Below are positions 37,174 to 52,100 of a DNA stretch of 64,000 nt, one piece after another. The notes beneath the pieces are model-generated. The model was not told the origin of the DNA and did not search any database. It worked only from the letters and a program-made list of their open reading frames with translations. Origin of the DNA: Pecten maximus. Taxonomy: Eukaryota. Position 1 is the stretch's first letter. Every line of letters begins with the position of its first letter. Position numbers and translations under genes: made by a program. The stretch spans positions 38,688,001 through 38,752,000 of the forward strand of contig NC_047016.1 in assembly GCF_902652985.1 (NCBI RefSeq), given 5' to 3'.

Positions 37174-40100
37174 TCATATAATCTGCACTTGTCCTTTACA
37201 GTATTTACACGGTAAGAAGTTGTGGTCTATATCATTTGGTCTGTCAACTAGTGTAGAGTGTCCAATTTCTGTTAGGAGATTAAGAATTTTATGGGCAGTC
37301 TGGCCCTCCTGAGGTGCCACATTATTATGGACATGGTTCTCTTCATGAGCAGGTTGTCCTTGGTGACGATGATGATGTTGATGGTGGTGGTGATGGAGAC
37401 TATGTTGTGTGGGTTCGTGTTCAGTTGGTGGCTCCATCATTTCTGACACTTCCTTGTTTCTTAAATTGTCCTGGCCCCCAACTATAGCCTCCACCTCACT
37501 CTCTGAGTCAGATTCCGAACTGGTATAGTCAGGCCAGTCCACTGAAGAAAGAAATATTTTTAGTTTACATTACGTCATATTTTTACCAATGAGCATTTGA
37601 TGTAGACACTATTTTTAAAGAGATATTGAATTTTCTAACACTTGTTATTTTATCAGAAACAGAAGACTATGTCAAGAAAACAAAACTGATGCAAATATAT
37701 TTTGTACTTTTGAAATAACATTTTTTTGAAAATTTCAAAATAAGCTGCTTCAAATGAAAGCAGGATGCAACGGGGCTGACAGACAAAGGTAACACTATAT
37801 GCCCCACCTATAATTGCATGGGCATAAAAATCCCAACCAGTTCTGCTTATATACAAGAATATGCTGACCCAACAAGGTAAAAAGTTTCTGGTTTTTACCT
37901 TCATTATTATCCAGCCCATTCACTAGAGGCTGCAGTGAGTTCTGGAGGTGTGGTTGTATTCTCGGCTCGTTGGAATGCATGGAAGTGTTTGTCTCTTCGT
38001 GATAGTTAGACAACATGTTCTTCTCTCCTAGTAACTGCATCACCAGCTGCTGCAGCTCTCCAAGTTTCTCCTACAAAGGGAAATAACTCATCAAAACCTC
38101 AAATATTCAGCTGTTAAGATTGTTTTAATTTTCATTTCTCCTCATTTAAAACTTTTTCAACTGTACAGAACATGACTGATGACAATATCGGTGAAGAATT
38201 TCTAAAGCTCCTCTATGATCTAGAGTATTAAAATCATAGAACCATTCAGTCCTAATGGGCAAGATTTCTAAATACGTGAAAGCAACCATAGGATTTACAA
38301 GGCAAAGGAAAGTTTACCTGTAACTGTTCTCTGTCTTTGGCAAGGTGGGCAATGTAGTCGTTTTTCTGAGATTCTCGTTGTTGTAATAAAGCACGCTGGT
38401 GATGATATAATGATATGTACTCTCCTACAAAACAAGGACAGAAAGTGTCAGATAAATCAATTACAGTTTGTACTCTCGATATACCAAACTTAACAAATAT
38501 ATTAACATGTGAAGAAGAATAGAAATAATAATTCTTTTAATTGTGACATCATAATCTGGTGTGATATTGTTTACACTATCAGAAGTTAAGTCCTAATGTT
38601 AATCCCTTTCAAAAATTTAATTTTCTCCTTTTCATGATGAATACCAGAATCTAATAATTTCAATTCACAGGGTATAACTCATGTTTTAGCTGTGATTAGC
38701 AACACCAGATGATGTATACTGATATTTCAGCAAGAACAAAGGAATATTCTTTATTTAGTTTCAGAAACATAATAATTTCCTTTCATTTGATTAATATGTT
38801 CTTTGATATTATTTCTCATCTCTGCTCATCTGTATTTCTCTAATATATCAAAACTTGTATAAATCATATGGATTCAAAATGTATTTACAGAGGCGATAGA
38901 GTACCTGTCGTACAGCATGTCACCAAACCTTATAAAAACTGAACTGATTATGCTATATGACCCTGTATATAATATGTTCCCCATTACAATACAGGACTAT
39001 ACCTATAGTATCAGCCATGACCCTGTATATAATATGTTCCCCATTACAATACAGGACTATACCTATAGTATCAGCCTCCCCCTCTAACTGTAGGACGATA
39101 TGCTCCAGTCTCTCAGCCTTGTCTGATAACTCGGCCTTGTCTCTCATCACACTGGTGTATTTGTCCTCTATCATCTGCATGGTCCTTCTCATCGTCTCGT
39201 ACTCCTGCAGACTCACCTTATCATTATCTATATGGAATGTGCCTGTAGAATAAGCAAGTAGTGATTCAATTCATGTTCCCTTTTCAGAACCAGTGCTAAT
39301 TTAAACATCTTATTTCACATGCAAATTATCAACAATAAATTGGATGTAGACAGTTACTACTATTACTATGGACAGCTTCAATGTAACAATGCTATTTAAA
39401 GACTGGACATAGGTTAGCCCAAAAGGTGAAGTAAAAATTGCATACCAGTACATTTGGGTTCTATACCTTACATCTGACAAAGATATTTCATTCTAGACGT
39501 GGCCCTGAGCATTTGATCCCCTTGCACAGAGCAATTATGTCAATAGTTTAATTACAAAAATCTCCTGCATATAAAAAGCGGTAATTAATGAAATAGTTTG
39601 CTAGACCTGTAAACCTGCCTCTTGGTTAGCTTTACAATTTTTTTTATACATAAGTAAGAAGACATGACAAAGTCAGCACAGAGAAACTACACAGTGTTAT
39701 TAGACATGTCAATGCTAGGATATCCCTGGATGATAGATACAGGTAGAACATACTTTTCTGTATGACCGCCTCCTCCAGGTCAGTGACTTTGACAGTAAGA
39801 CTGTCCGAAAGCTCTCGCTGATCTTTTAGATTCTGCATTAGTTGGCCCCTCTCCGACTCAAGTTGTTTGATCGCCGCAGTCAACGAGTCAATCTGCATAC
39901 GAAAGAGAAGATAATTGAAGGAAAATAGACATAATATCATAACAATAGTTCTTAATACTTTACACTCTGAAGTGAGGGATAATTTTATGTAACTGAAGTG
40001 AGGGATAATTTTATGTAAAATTTTATAGTAATATTCCAGACATTTGAAAGTCAAAACTGACCAATCAAACGATTTAAAGTGCTACCTACCACATCATCTC

Positions 40101-43100
40101 GTTTCTTCTCCTCCTCTGGGTCCAGACCTGGGTTGTTTTGATTATCTGAGGCCTTGATCAACATTGTACGTAGTTCACTGTTCTGGGTCTTTAGGGCATC
40201 AGTCATATCCTAAAGCATAGGTGTTGATACATGAAAATTTGTTACATGAAAATAAAATATTCATATCATTTTGAAAAGTATATTGATATTGCACACCCAA
40301 ATTAAAAGTTCATTTTTAACTGAAGTCTTCGTTTTCAGCATGCAGAAGTATTCTTAATAGGCTTTATTTATTCTTTATGACATATTGAGTCAACAACTCG
40401 TCTTACATATGGTCAAGTAATATAAAATGGACATTATTTACAACAAAATGTTGATGCTTTGGTGGTGTTAATTTAAGTTCAGACTGTCCTAGAGGATGCC
40501 AAGAAAGTGACCAGTGTAATGATTACAGGACGGCCAATCCAGAGCCTCTATACACGGTGTAATGCTCTTAGGAAGACATACTAAGTGACTATAGTGTGAT
40601 GCTTAGAGTTTGTACAGTTACAGTATCAGACTAGTGTGAATCTCAAATACTAACTTTAAGGGTAATATCTCTTAATTTTAATGTAGCCTAATTCAGAAAT
40701 GTATATGTACTTTATCAATTGTTAAATTGCCTAACAAGGTTAATTGGATGAAGTTAACGTTAAGTCTCCATGTTTACCTGAGAATTTTGCAGTTCCCGTT
40801 GGAGAGTCTCCACCAGCTGGGCCTGTGCCTCGTAGTGTCTCAATCTGTCATTGATCTGCTCCTGGTGGTACTGCTCTTTGGTCTCTTCATGTGTTGTCTG
40901 TTTCAGCTCGGACAGCTTCAAGTCCTTCTCTGACAACTGTTGAAAAGAATTCCAAATTCAATCCCATATTGTTCACATTAAAATTTTACAATTTTGCTGA
41001 CAGACAAAAGTTAGTGGTAGTATATTAAACCTACATAGAATTTTCATCACACGTTTTCGTAAAAACAATTTAATACATAAACAATGGGTTTTCAATATAT
41101 TTCAGAATCAACTTTAAGTTCAAGGTATAACAAGCATATTGGTCATTGTAAAAGTAATCATCTATCTTCCCCCACTGAAAATAGTAACAGTGACCTTGAC
41201 CCAAAAACCTTAAAACTCAAACTTGTCAAAGATATTATGGTCATTTATCATTATGTGAAGCTTGATAAAAACCTCCAAGGAATGAAGCCGCTAGAGTGCT
41301 GACAGACTTTGGCATAATCACATACATACAAGACAGACAGTGTGGAAATCTAGTCCCCCAGCTTCAACGGTAGGGAACTAGTAAGGGATCAAATCATGAC
41401 TATCTATAATCTTTCCCTTACATTTATACTCTAAACAAGAGGCCCATGGGGCCTGTATCGCTCACCTGGTTGGATTAGACCAAATGTTGAAATAATGTTC
41501 ATATTCAAGTTGTTTTATTTGTAAAATTCTAACAATGCTATATATGGTTATAGTGTGGGAATCCCAACTGCTTTAAAGATTAATGAAGTCCAGACTCTCT
41601 AAGGTCTGATAAGATATCTCTGACCAACTTGGGTTCAAATCCATTCATAACTTTATGACAAGTAGCGATTTAAAGGAATTACCTTAATTTCCCCTATTGG
41701 GCCCCGCCCCTTTGGCCCCTCGGGGGTCAGAGCCACCATTTATGCAAAATCTTTTCCCCCTTCCCCCAAGGATGTTTCTGACCAAATTGGGTTCAAATCC
41801 ATTCATAACTTTATGACTAGTAGAGATTTAGAGGAATTACCTCTATTTCCCATATCTGGCCCCGCCCCTTTGGCCCCTCGGGGGTCAGAATCACCATTTA
41901 TGCAAAATCTGTTCCCCTTCCCCCAAGGATGTTTCTGACCAAATTGGGTTCAAATCCATTCATAACTTTATGACAAGTAGTGATTTAAAGGAATTACCTC
42001 TATTACCCCTATTGGGCCCCGCCCCTTTGGCCCCTCGGGGGTCAGAGCCACCATTTATGCAAAATCTCTTCCCCTTCCCCAAGGATGTTTCTGACCAAAT
42101 TGGGTTGAAATCCATTCATAACTTTATGACAAGTAGCGATTTAAAGGAATTACCTTAATTTCCCCTATTGGGCCCCGCCCCTTTGGCCCCTCGGGAGTCA
42201 GAGCCACCATTTATGCAAAATCTTTTCCCCTTCCCCCAAGGAGGTTTCTGACCAAATTGGGTTCAAATCCATTCATAACTTTATGACTAGTAGCGATTTA
42301 AAGGAATTGCCTCTATTTCCCCTATTGGGCCCCGCCCCTTTGGCCCCTCGGGGGTCAGAGCCACCATTTATGCAAAATCTCTTCCCCTTCCCCCAAGGAT
42401 GTTTCTGACCAAATTGGGTTGAAATCCATTCATAACTTTATGACAAGTAGCGATTTAAAGGAATTACCTTAATTTCCCCTATTGGGCCCCGCCCCTTTGG
42501 CCCCTCGGGGGTCAGAGCCACCATTTATGCAAAATCTTTTCCCCTTCCCCCAAGGAGGTTTCTGACCAAATTGGGTTCAAATCCATTCATAACTTTATGA
42601 CAAGTAGAGATTTAGAGGAATTACCTCTATTTCCCATATTTGGCCCCGCCCCTTTGGGCCCTCGGGGGTCAGAATCACCATTTATGCAAAATCTTTTCCC
42701 CTTCCCCCAAGGATGTTTCTGACCAAATTGGGTTGAAATCCATTCATAACTTTATGACAAGTAGTGATTTAAAGGAATTACCTCTATTACCCCTATTGGG
42801 CCCCGCCCCTTTGGCCCCTCGGGGGTCAGAGCCACCATTTATGCAAAATCTCTTCCCCTTCCCCAAGGATGTTTCTGACCAAATTGGGTTGAAATCCATT
42901 CATAACTTTATGACAAGTAGCGATTTAAAGGAATTACCTTAATTTCCCCTATTGGGCCCCGCCCCTTTGGCCCCTCGGGAGTCAGAGCCACCATTTATGC
43001 AAAATCTTTTCCCCTTCCCCCAAGGAGGTTTCTGACCAAATTGGGTTCAAATCCATTCATAACTTTATGACTAGTAGCGATTTAAAGGAATTGCCTCTAT

Positions 43101-46100
43101 TTCCCCTATTGGGCCCCGCCCCTTTGGCCCCTCGGGGGTCAGAGCCACCATTTATGCAAAATCTCTTCCCCTTCCCCCAAGGATGTTTCTGACCAAATTG
43201 GGTTGAAATCCATTCATAACTTTATGACAAGTAGCGATTTAAAGGAATTACCTTAATTTCCCCTATTGGGCCCCGCCCCTTTGGCCCCTAGGGGGTCAGA
43301 GCCACCATTTATGCAAAATCTTTTCCCCTTCCCCCAAGGAGGTTTCTGACCAAATTGGGTTCAAATCCATTCATAACTTTATGACAAGTAGAGATTTAGA
43401 GGAATTACCTCTATTTCCCATATTTGGCCCCGCCCCTTTGGGCCCTCGGGGGTCAGAATCACCATTTATGCAAAATCTTTTCCCCTTCCCCCAAGGATGT
43501 TTCTGACCAAATTGGGTTGAAATCCATTCATAACTTTATGACAAGTAGCGATTTAAAGGAATTACCTCTACTTCCCCTATTGGGCCCCGCCCCTTTGGCC
43601 CCTCGGGGGTCAGAGCCACCATTTATGCAAAATCTGTTCCCATTCTGCCAAGGATGTTTCTGGCCAAATTTGGTCAAAATCCAATAAGAACTTTATGACT
43701 AGTAGCGATTTGAAGCAAATGTTGACGGACGGACGGACGGACGACGGACGACGGACGACGGACGGACGGACGACGGACGCTGCGCCATGGCATAAGCTCA
43801 CCGGACCTTCGGTCCAGGTGAGCTAAAAACATAAAGAGTGGGAATCCTTTATTTTACAGACAAGCATAAAGTTTCAAAAAAATTCAAATACATACAGCTT
43901 CTCTTAAATTCTTGAGTTCATCTTCCCGCTGACTGAGGCGACACAGGTGTTCTTGTGAGGAGTGTTGTTCTGACTGGACCTTTGTCATCAGCTCCATATT
44001 GTCATTGCTCTGTAGTGAAATTTAGAAATCTGTGTTCATTAATTTCCTACATTTTGGTTATAGAGTATCAATATCGCACATAGCAAGCGAACAATAGAGA
44101 CAATGGAGGGCAGTATCAGTGAACTCGAAAAGTGAGATATGGTAAGTTTATAGGGACATTACTACGATGTCCATATGATCACTGCAACTCTACAAATTTT
44201 TTTGGTTCAATTTTTCAGCACATTATTTTTCTACAGTTTGACGAATTGTAAAATCCACTATTAACTTATAAACAATACTTCAAGAAAATTGCAATTAGAT
44301 AAAGCATATGCCTATAATTAATATAATTTAACAGTGTATGTTCTGTAGCAAGCCACACACAAACTTTGACACAGAGCAAGAGGTGAACTGAAAAAGCCTT
44401 TTTAACATTTACTCATTATAGAAGTGCAACAGACTATTGTGGGCTTACCACCCGCTAAATACTGTCATAAAATATCTCAAATTCCCAAAATGTTCTACGG
44501 AAATAAATTTGTATACAAGAAGTTAATCACAGTACTGTTCTAACAACCATGAAGACACACTGACCAGCTTGACAAATCCATTCTGTAATTCAGCCAACTG
44601 GTTTTTGAGGTCTTTGTTCTGAGTGAGAGCTCGACTGAGGGCGGTTTTGTTGCTCTGTATGTTTTCCAACAGCTGGGCCTTATCACTGGCCTCCATTCCC
44701 ATATCGGACATCTCGGTCTCAAGAGTCAGTATCTGTGTCTCTCTCTCTTCCAAAAACCTACAATTTAAAAGTGCATGTGATATTTTAGAACAGATCAGAT
44801 TGAATGATATTAAAAGAAATAGATATTTTGTTTTTGAATCGCAGAAAATAGAAACATAAACACATACTAGAGGGTGATGTTGTAAAATATGAGAAAAGTC
44901 TTTAGAACAATGATGAGAGTAACAGTTTATCATCTTGTTTAGACAGTTTAAGAGATGTAAGCATAAAACTGTCCAAGAATTGAATAATGAAAGTGTAATT
45001 GAAGATATGTGACAATAAAAAAGTCTGTAGAATTTTTATAGTACTGTAATTATGACTTGATTTTGAACCTAGAGTATTGAAACACCACCCTGTACAAGAG
45101 ATGACATAATAAAACATGAAAACCATATATAAAGAAATTAAGCCTGCATAATAATGACATTAAAATTCCATTTTTAAAAAAAGTGACTATATGGCATAAC
45201 AATAATTATAGTCATTAGATCATATCTGACTATATCAACTATAAGTCCTACAGAGACAGTTACCGACTGAGCTGTGAGTTATCCCTGATCAGTGCCTCGT
45301 GCTGCTGTCTGAGGTCCTGATGCTGTTTTTGTAGTGAGTCCATCTCTTTCTCCTTCTCCAACACCTCGGTGCTGGATTGTTGCTGTTGGTGTTGTTCAGC
45401 ACTGACATCTTCTACAGTAGAAACAAGCATGTGAGTATCATGTCATTACTACTATTAACAGAGAGCTCGCAATATTCCCTACCTCTGCTTGATCTATGTT
45501 GACAGTCTGTTTACCCTATAGCAATGATGGTCTTGTCCTTCCAATGATCATACCCAAACTTGTTCAAGGCACTAGTTACAGTACGCAAAACATAATATCA
45601 TCTTTAACTGAGAAACACAGATATCTCTTTATGCCCATTCTCTCATTTGCCAGAGATTAATATAATGTGGCTTTATCAACAAAACATGAAGATTTGATTT
45701 ATCATGACTTTATAATGTGTTTGAGAGTAAAGAAATACTTAAAGTACCTAGTTGTTGTTGTAGTTGTAGAATATTGGCCTCTAGCTGATGTTGTTGTGTC
45801 ACCATAACTTCCCGTTCTTCTGTCAAACTTGTTACCTGTAATATAATAACCATCTAATATATATGTACAGTCAAAATGTATATCTGGAATATCACTTGTA
45901 TTCCACTATAGGTTTACTGGTACGTGCTAATCAAATTAAATATCAAGCGAAAAAATTAATACACATTTTAACAAAAAGTAAGAACACCATATTTCATATT
46001 AAAATTCAAATACATAAAAAATATTTCCAACACAAACTTGTTTTAGTAATTAAACAATAACTTTCAATCATCTTCTAATTTACCAGGGCTTTTTTCTCAC

Positions 46101-49100
46101 TGGTTTGGGAAAGGGCCTTTTTGTCTCATTTTGGGAAGAAAATTGTTGAACCGGGAAAGATTTTTTCAGGAGTAAATTGGAAATTTTGGGAATTTGGCTT
46201 AAATATGAAATGATATCAATCGGTAATAGGGAATTAATGGCCCCAAAAAGCCTCCAGAAAAAGCCCTGTTTACCTATCTATTACTGAATGCAATGGATCA
46301 AAATGACAAAACCATTCTCGCCGATAGTGATTTGTTCCCACCTGTTCTGTGAGTTGCTGGCTATGCTGTTGTAGCTGATCTATATAAGACTTGTACTGAT
46401 CTGCCACCTGGTCTCGCTCACCACAAGCCTTCTGGAATGCTTCAGAGTACTGTGGACACAATATCTACACATTAACACATGTGCATTATCAAAAAGTTCT
46501 CCACATGGAGACACATACTCTTGAAAATCTATTCCACACAATGTAAGTTTACACTTTATAGAATATTATTTTATTTTGGTCACTGCAATTGTGGCCATCA
46601 AAAACATGATTATTTGATTTCTTTGTTTTTGAGACTTCTGATGAGCAAATCAATAAAACAATTTCACAATGACTACTACCTCATTGGAGATGTCAAATTA
46701 TCATGTTGCCTACATGCACTACACAGTATCTGTTTCTAATTAAGCATCCTGTAATAAATGCATGCATTATGGCTTACAATTCTAAAATCCTAACAGATAA
46801 GAAAATATTGCCGTTACTGTATAAAACCTGTATAACAGAATGTCCCTGCCAGTCTGCCATGAACAACACTCACCTCCTGAACTTGAGAGGTCAGCAGTTC
46901 CTTATCCCGTTGCAGTTGACCCATGACCTCTAACGACTCCTGACTGTTGTCTCCCTGACTTGATAATTGCTGGGTGTATAATTCTGCCATTTCTAGGCGC
47001 TTTTTCAGATCTTCTACATTGCGTTCCATTTCTATAGATTCCGACGTCTATGAAGATACATAATATATAATTATCTTAAATGAAAATTGTTCATCTAGAA
47101 ATCTACCATAAAGTAAGCAACAGAAGGCACAATATCAATGTTGTGACTGAATCTTATTTCCATGAATGAATGAATGAACAAGTCAAGCCAATGGTTTTGT
47201 GTTCATAATTTCTCATGTGTTTTTATACAACTTATTTTTCCCTATATCTGAATTTTACAATATACATAATAGTTCACAATAGGTAATATGTAAAGGGTGT
47301 TTTATATGTATAACATACTGTATATATCTGGCAATAATCCCATGTCTGATAATAAACCCATTGCAGTACAGTAAAACTTTTGGTTTGTTTTTGTTTAACG
47401 TCCTATTAACAGCTAGGGTCATTTAAGGACGTGCCAGGTTTTGGAGGTGGAGGAAAGCCAGAGTACCTGGAGAAAAACCACCGGCCTGCAGTCAGTACCT
47501 GGCAACTGCCCCACGTAGGTTTCGAACCCGTAACCCAGAGGTGGAGGGCTAGTGATAAAGTGTCAGGACACCTTAACCACTCGGCCACCGCGGCCCCTTT
47601 AATACAGTAAAACTATTGCCGGTAACAATGCTATATCATTGTCCTGAAATAAGCCAATCTCTTACTTTGAGTAAAAATTTACTGGGCTTATTACAAGTTC
47701 AATACTTGTACAGTAAAATACCAAAACTTGTTACAAACCTTAGACTGTAATTTCTCTGCTAACTCAGAACACTGTTGTTTAAGATCCTCTTGTGCTTTAC
47801 TGAAAGAAAGAAAGGAAACATTTTGTAAATAATTAACCACCCTGACAAATAAATGCAAACAAACTATAATGTAGTTCATGACGACAGAAATAATTCCAAA
47901 TTTTTTTTTATAATCTCATCAAATAGCTAATAACTAGTTTTCTGTTTCCTCATCAAGGAATTTCAGACTGATAACTTTACAATCACGATAGATCAAGACA
48001 AATCTCAAGAATATTTAATAAATAATTTTGACTTACTTTGACTTGTACAATTCTATTTTTAACCGGTCAATATCTTTTGAAAAGTCTTTGCTGTTCTGAA
48101 AAAGAGAGTGAAGAAATATGTATTTATCTTTTTGATTTATTTGTTCATTTGGAGAAATATATCCTTTTCACTAATAGTTTTTATATCTGTACTTGCTAGA
48201 AGCAGTTAAATATTTCCATATGAGAAATATTTGTAACAAATAATGACTATTCTAAAACCTGACCCATAATTTGGAGTACATGCCATAGATAGAAAAAGTA
48301 TACTTTTTATTACTGATTTGTTGATATCTAAGTATATAAATGAGATATTTCTCAAGTTTATCAATCATCTCGCAATGCAGTACCTGTTCAAATTTTTGAC
48401 TAGAATTATTGGATGTTGATAAGTTTCTTTCTAGATCTGCCACTCGTTGTCGTGAAGCTTTTAATCTTCCACTGTATTCTTCGATCTCATCTGAAAATAT
48501 ATAAACCATACTTTCATCAGTTCATGTCTTCAACTTACCTTCTTACCAGTATATAATATAAACTCAGAACAAAATAAAAATCTTTCTTGAAATATCATAA
48601 CTTCAATTTTAGAAGACGAAGCAATGTCTTAGTTTTCTAAATTATATTTTAAACCTATCAAAGGTAAAATTTCTTATTTATGCTTGTTGTTCAATTCATA
48701 AACAAAACCTACTAAATCTCTGCTCTGCAATCTTCTGTGACTGATTCAGCTGAGATAGAAGTTCTGTTTTCTCAGCCACTAAAATCCCAATTGTTTGTAT
48801 ATGGACCTGTAAAAATAATGCAAATTGTTAAGATTTCATCGGAAATAGGTTAAAAACACATAACACTTTGTTTATCTTATCACCCAATTAAAACATTCTC
48901 TGTAAATAAATGCTGCAATATCTTATATTTTCAATTTACATTAAATTTAATCATTCAACAATATTACCTATTAAATATATAAAAGACAGTTCAACTTCAT
49001 TTAAATTTTGATAAACCTGCAGATATAGTCCTTGAACATTATTGCAAAGAATAATCTGAGAGTAACATAAGTTAAAAGATCTGTCCTTAATTAATAAATG

Positions 49101-52100
49101 AACAACTGTGGTCCGATTGGTCAAAATGTTATGGTTAATCAGATTACAACTAGACTTGTCTGAAACTAAACAATAATGGAGGACATGAAAACATGTAAAT
49201 TCTAATTAAAACTATACCTGTAACTGTTCTTTAAGTGGTCCTATTTCTTGGCGCTGTTTATCTTCAAACACCCCCCGATCTCGCTCAATTTGATCCTGGA
49301 GAGCTTTTGCATGCTCCCTCTGAAACAAAATAAAAAAGTAAGATATTTGTATCAACACCAGAAAATATGACTATCCACAAACAATATGTAATAATCAATA
49401 ATATACAGAACAATTAGGGAAAAATAATAGAATTTTCTGCCATAGATGTGGCTCTGATAGAAAAAAAAAGAACATTTAAATAGTAACTTACAGAAACAGT
49501 CCTTGTCTATGTATTAGGTTAGAGAGATGACAAAAGATTACCTATAGTATAATCATGTATAGGAAATGTTCAATATATGGATTCAATACACTTACCGTCT
49601 GTTGAACTTGGATATTCATTTGTTCATTTGCTTAATTCACAATACACTTACCGTCTGTTGAACTTGGATATTCATTTGTTCATTTGCTTAATTCACAATA
49701 CACTTACCGTCTGTTGAACTTGGATATTCAATTGTTCATTTGCTTCGTTCACAATACACTTACCGTCTGTTGAACTTGGATATTCAATTGTTCATTTGCT
49801 TCAGAGTGTTTTTCTAGCAAGGAGGCTAGCTCTCTGTTTCTCCTCTGAAAAAGAAAAAGGAAACAATCACTTTGGTAATAAGACATTGCAGTAACATTAT
49901 TAATGTCTCATATTTATCCTGTACTATTTATCCTGCAAATACAGGATGTATTATCACATAAACTCATAATCATCAACTTTGACTGAAAGCAGAGATGGCC
50001 AATTTTATTTCGTAATAAAATAGTTGAGAGATGTTTCAGATCTTACTTGAAAATGTTGAATATAGTTGTTGCTTCATTTAAAATTCACTAAGATGTTTCC
50101 ACTAATAATGGCACCACCAAATACAGCAATAGTTCTTATATTAAATCAAAGACAATTAGGTGAATTACTATCCCCCACTGGATGTGAAATATTATGCCAA
50201 GACTGCTGAGATGATAAAAGCAAAATTAATAAGATGAAACCCTACCCCAAATATGAAGTTGCAGTGACAAGTAAAAGAGATAGAGCATGGACAAAAGTAG
50301 CTTTGATGTAGGTCAAATGTCAAAATGTAGGTCAGAGTGACCTACTTTTGATACATGACACACCACCTCACCAAGGTAAACTCTTGAGCCAAGTTCAAAG
50401 TTTCAGTGTCAAGTAGTGTAGGAGAGAGAGCCAGGACAAGCTTTTTCTTTGATGTAGGTCAAATGTTAAAATGTAGGTCAGAGTGACCTTCTTTTAATAC
50501 ATGACACATCGCCTTACCTAGGTGATCCCATGCCTCAGGTATAAATTTCCAATGTCAAGCAATGTAGACAAGATAATGTGGGGGAGAAATGACAGACAGA
50601 CACATCGCACAACTATTATAGGTCCCTGGTGAGGGACTTAAAACTGTTATAGTACCCTTTATAATGGTAGTCCTGTACTCACCTCTAATTCTGCTATGTT
50701 AGCATTGTCTTCTTCTGTAGTATCAGTTGTATCCATCAAAGAGTTAGACTGAAGACAGAACAATTCTCACATTAATTGACAACACAAATATAAAACTCAA
50801 ATTACATCAATATGTCTTTTTGGAATATTTGCATTGTCACCTAGATGTCTGATACATTTACTAGTGTTGCTCATGGTATAAGATAATAATTTACACATGT
50901 GATAATCAAAATTAAATAGAAATTTACAAAAATTCTTTCAGTAGGAAATTATTGTCTGTTGTGGAAAAAATCATGTTGTACAGACATAATTTCAATGAAC
51001 CTCTGTCGAACAGTGGTTATGTATACATACATTAACTGTAATCTTTGCGACAAACAGAAATGTTATGAGCAGATTTGAATTTGCTCCTACTACTATGAAC
51101 TAACCTCTGATAGAAGGCCGTTAAGTTGTCGTGAGAGTTGTTGTAAACTTTCCCTTGATGCTGATGTCCTACATTAAGCAAAACAGATAAAATCACTCAT
51201 ACGTCACAACAGATATCATTGTCAGGAGATCAAATTAAGATGTCGGCAGAATGTTATTTTGTATAAAGTAAATGAAAATGTAATCTTATAAAACTTTATA
51301 CTAAACTCTATAAAGTAAATGAAAATGTAATCTTATAAAACTTTATACTAAACTCATATCACCTTGACACTAGCTTATGATATAATATTTTATTGTTTAT
51401 CATTCAGCTAACAACACATTTTTATTTATGTAATGTCTTCCTCTCATATAATGATATATACATTAACTTCAGCATATACTTTAGAATTTAGTAAAATATT
51501 TGAATGTAACAAAAAAATAAATTCAATCAAAAGAAAAAACATTCACACTGGAGAATGGTACAAAATGTTTTCATATTAGTACTGTACCAGAGTCAGGATT
51601 ACCGGTATGATTTTCCAGTAACACAATCAGAATGTCACACCTACATATCAGGTATCTTTTTTCCTGAATCTGTTTTCTATACATCTGGCATTAATTCAAT
51701 GTGACCCTTTGGGATGATGATGTTAGTGTAAGGACTTCAAACTAATGAACGATTAGAATTTCTGTCAGGTATCGATGAACACAAGCCATCCAGCATGCTT
51801 ACTAATTCAATCTTTTATATGGAAGCTTACAAGCAGGTAATTAATATCAAGGAAGACTATATAGCAGGTTTGAAATACAGTTCCATAAAAAGAGGAAAGA
51901 TATATATCACAGAAACTAGATGTTATGTCTTACATCAAACTGCCCAATAGATAAAATGTTTATTCCCTATAACATTTCCTCCAAATTAATATAAGTAAAT
52001 GATATATATGTAAACAAAATTTTTAACAAAAATGTTAGTAAAATATTGAAAACAAATGCTTAAGTTAGGACACTTTTTCTGTAAAAAAAAAAACTCAAAT

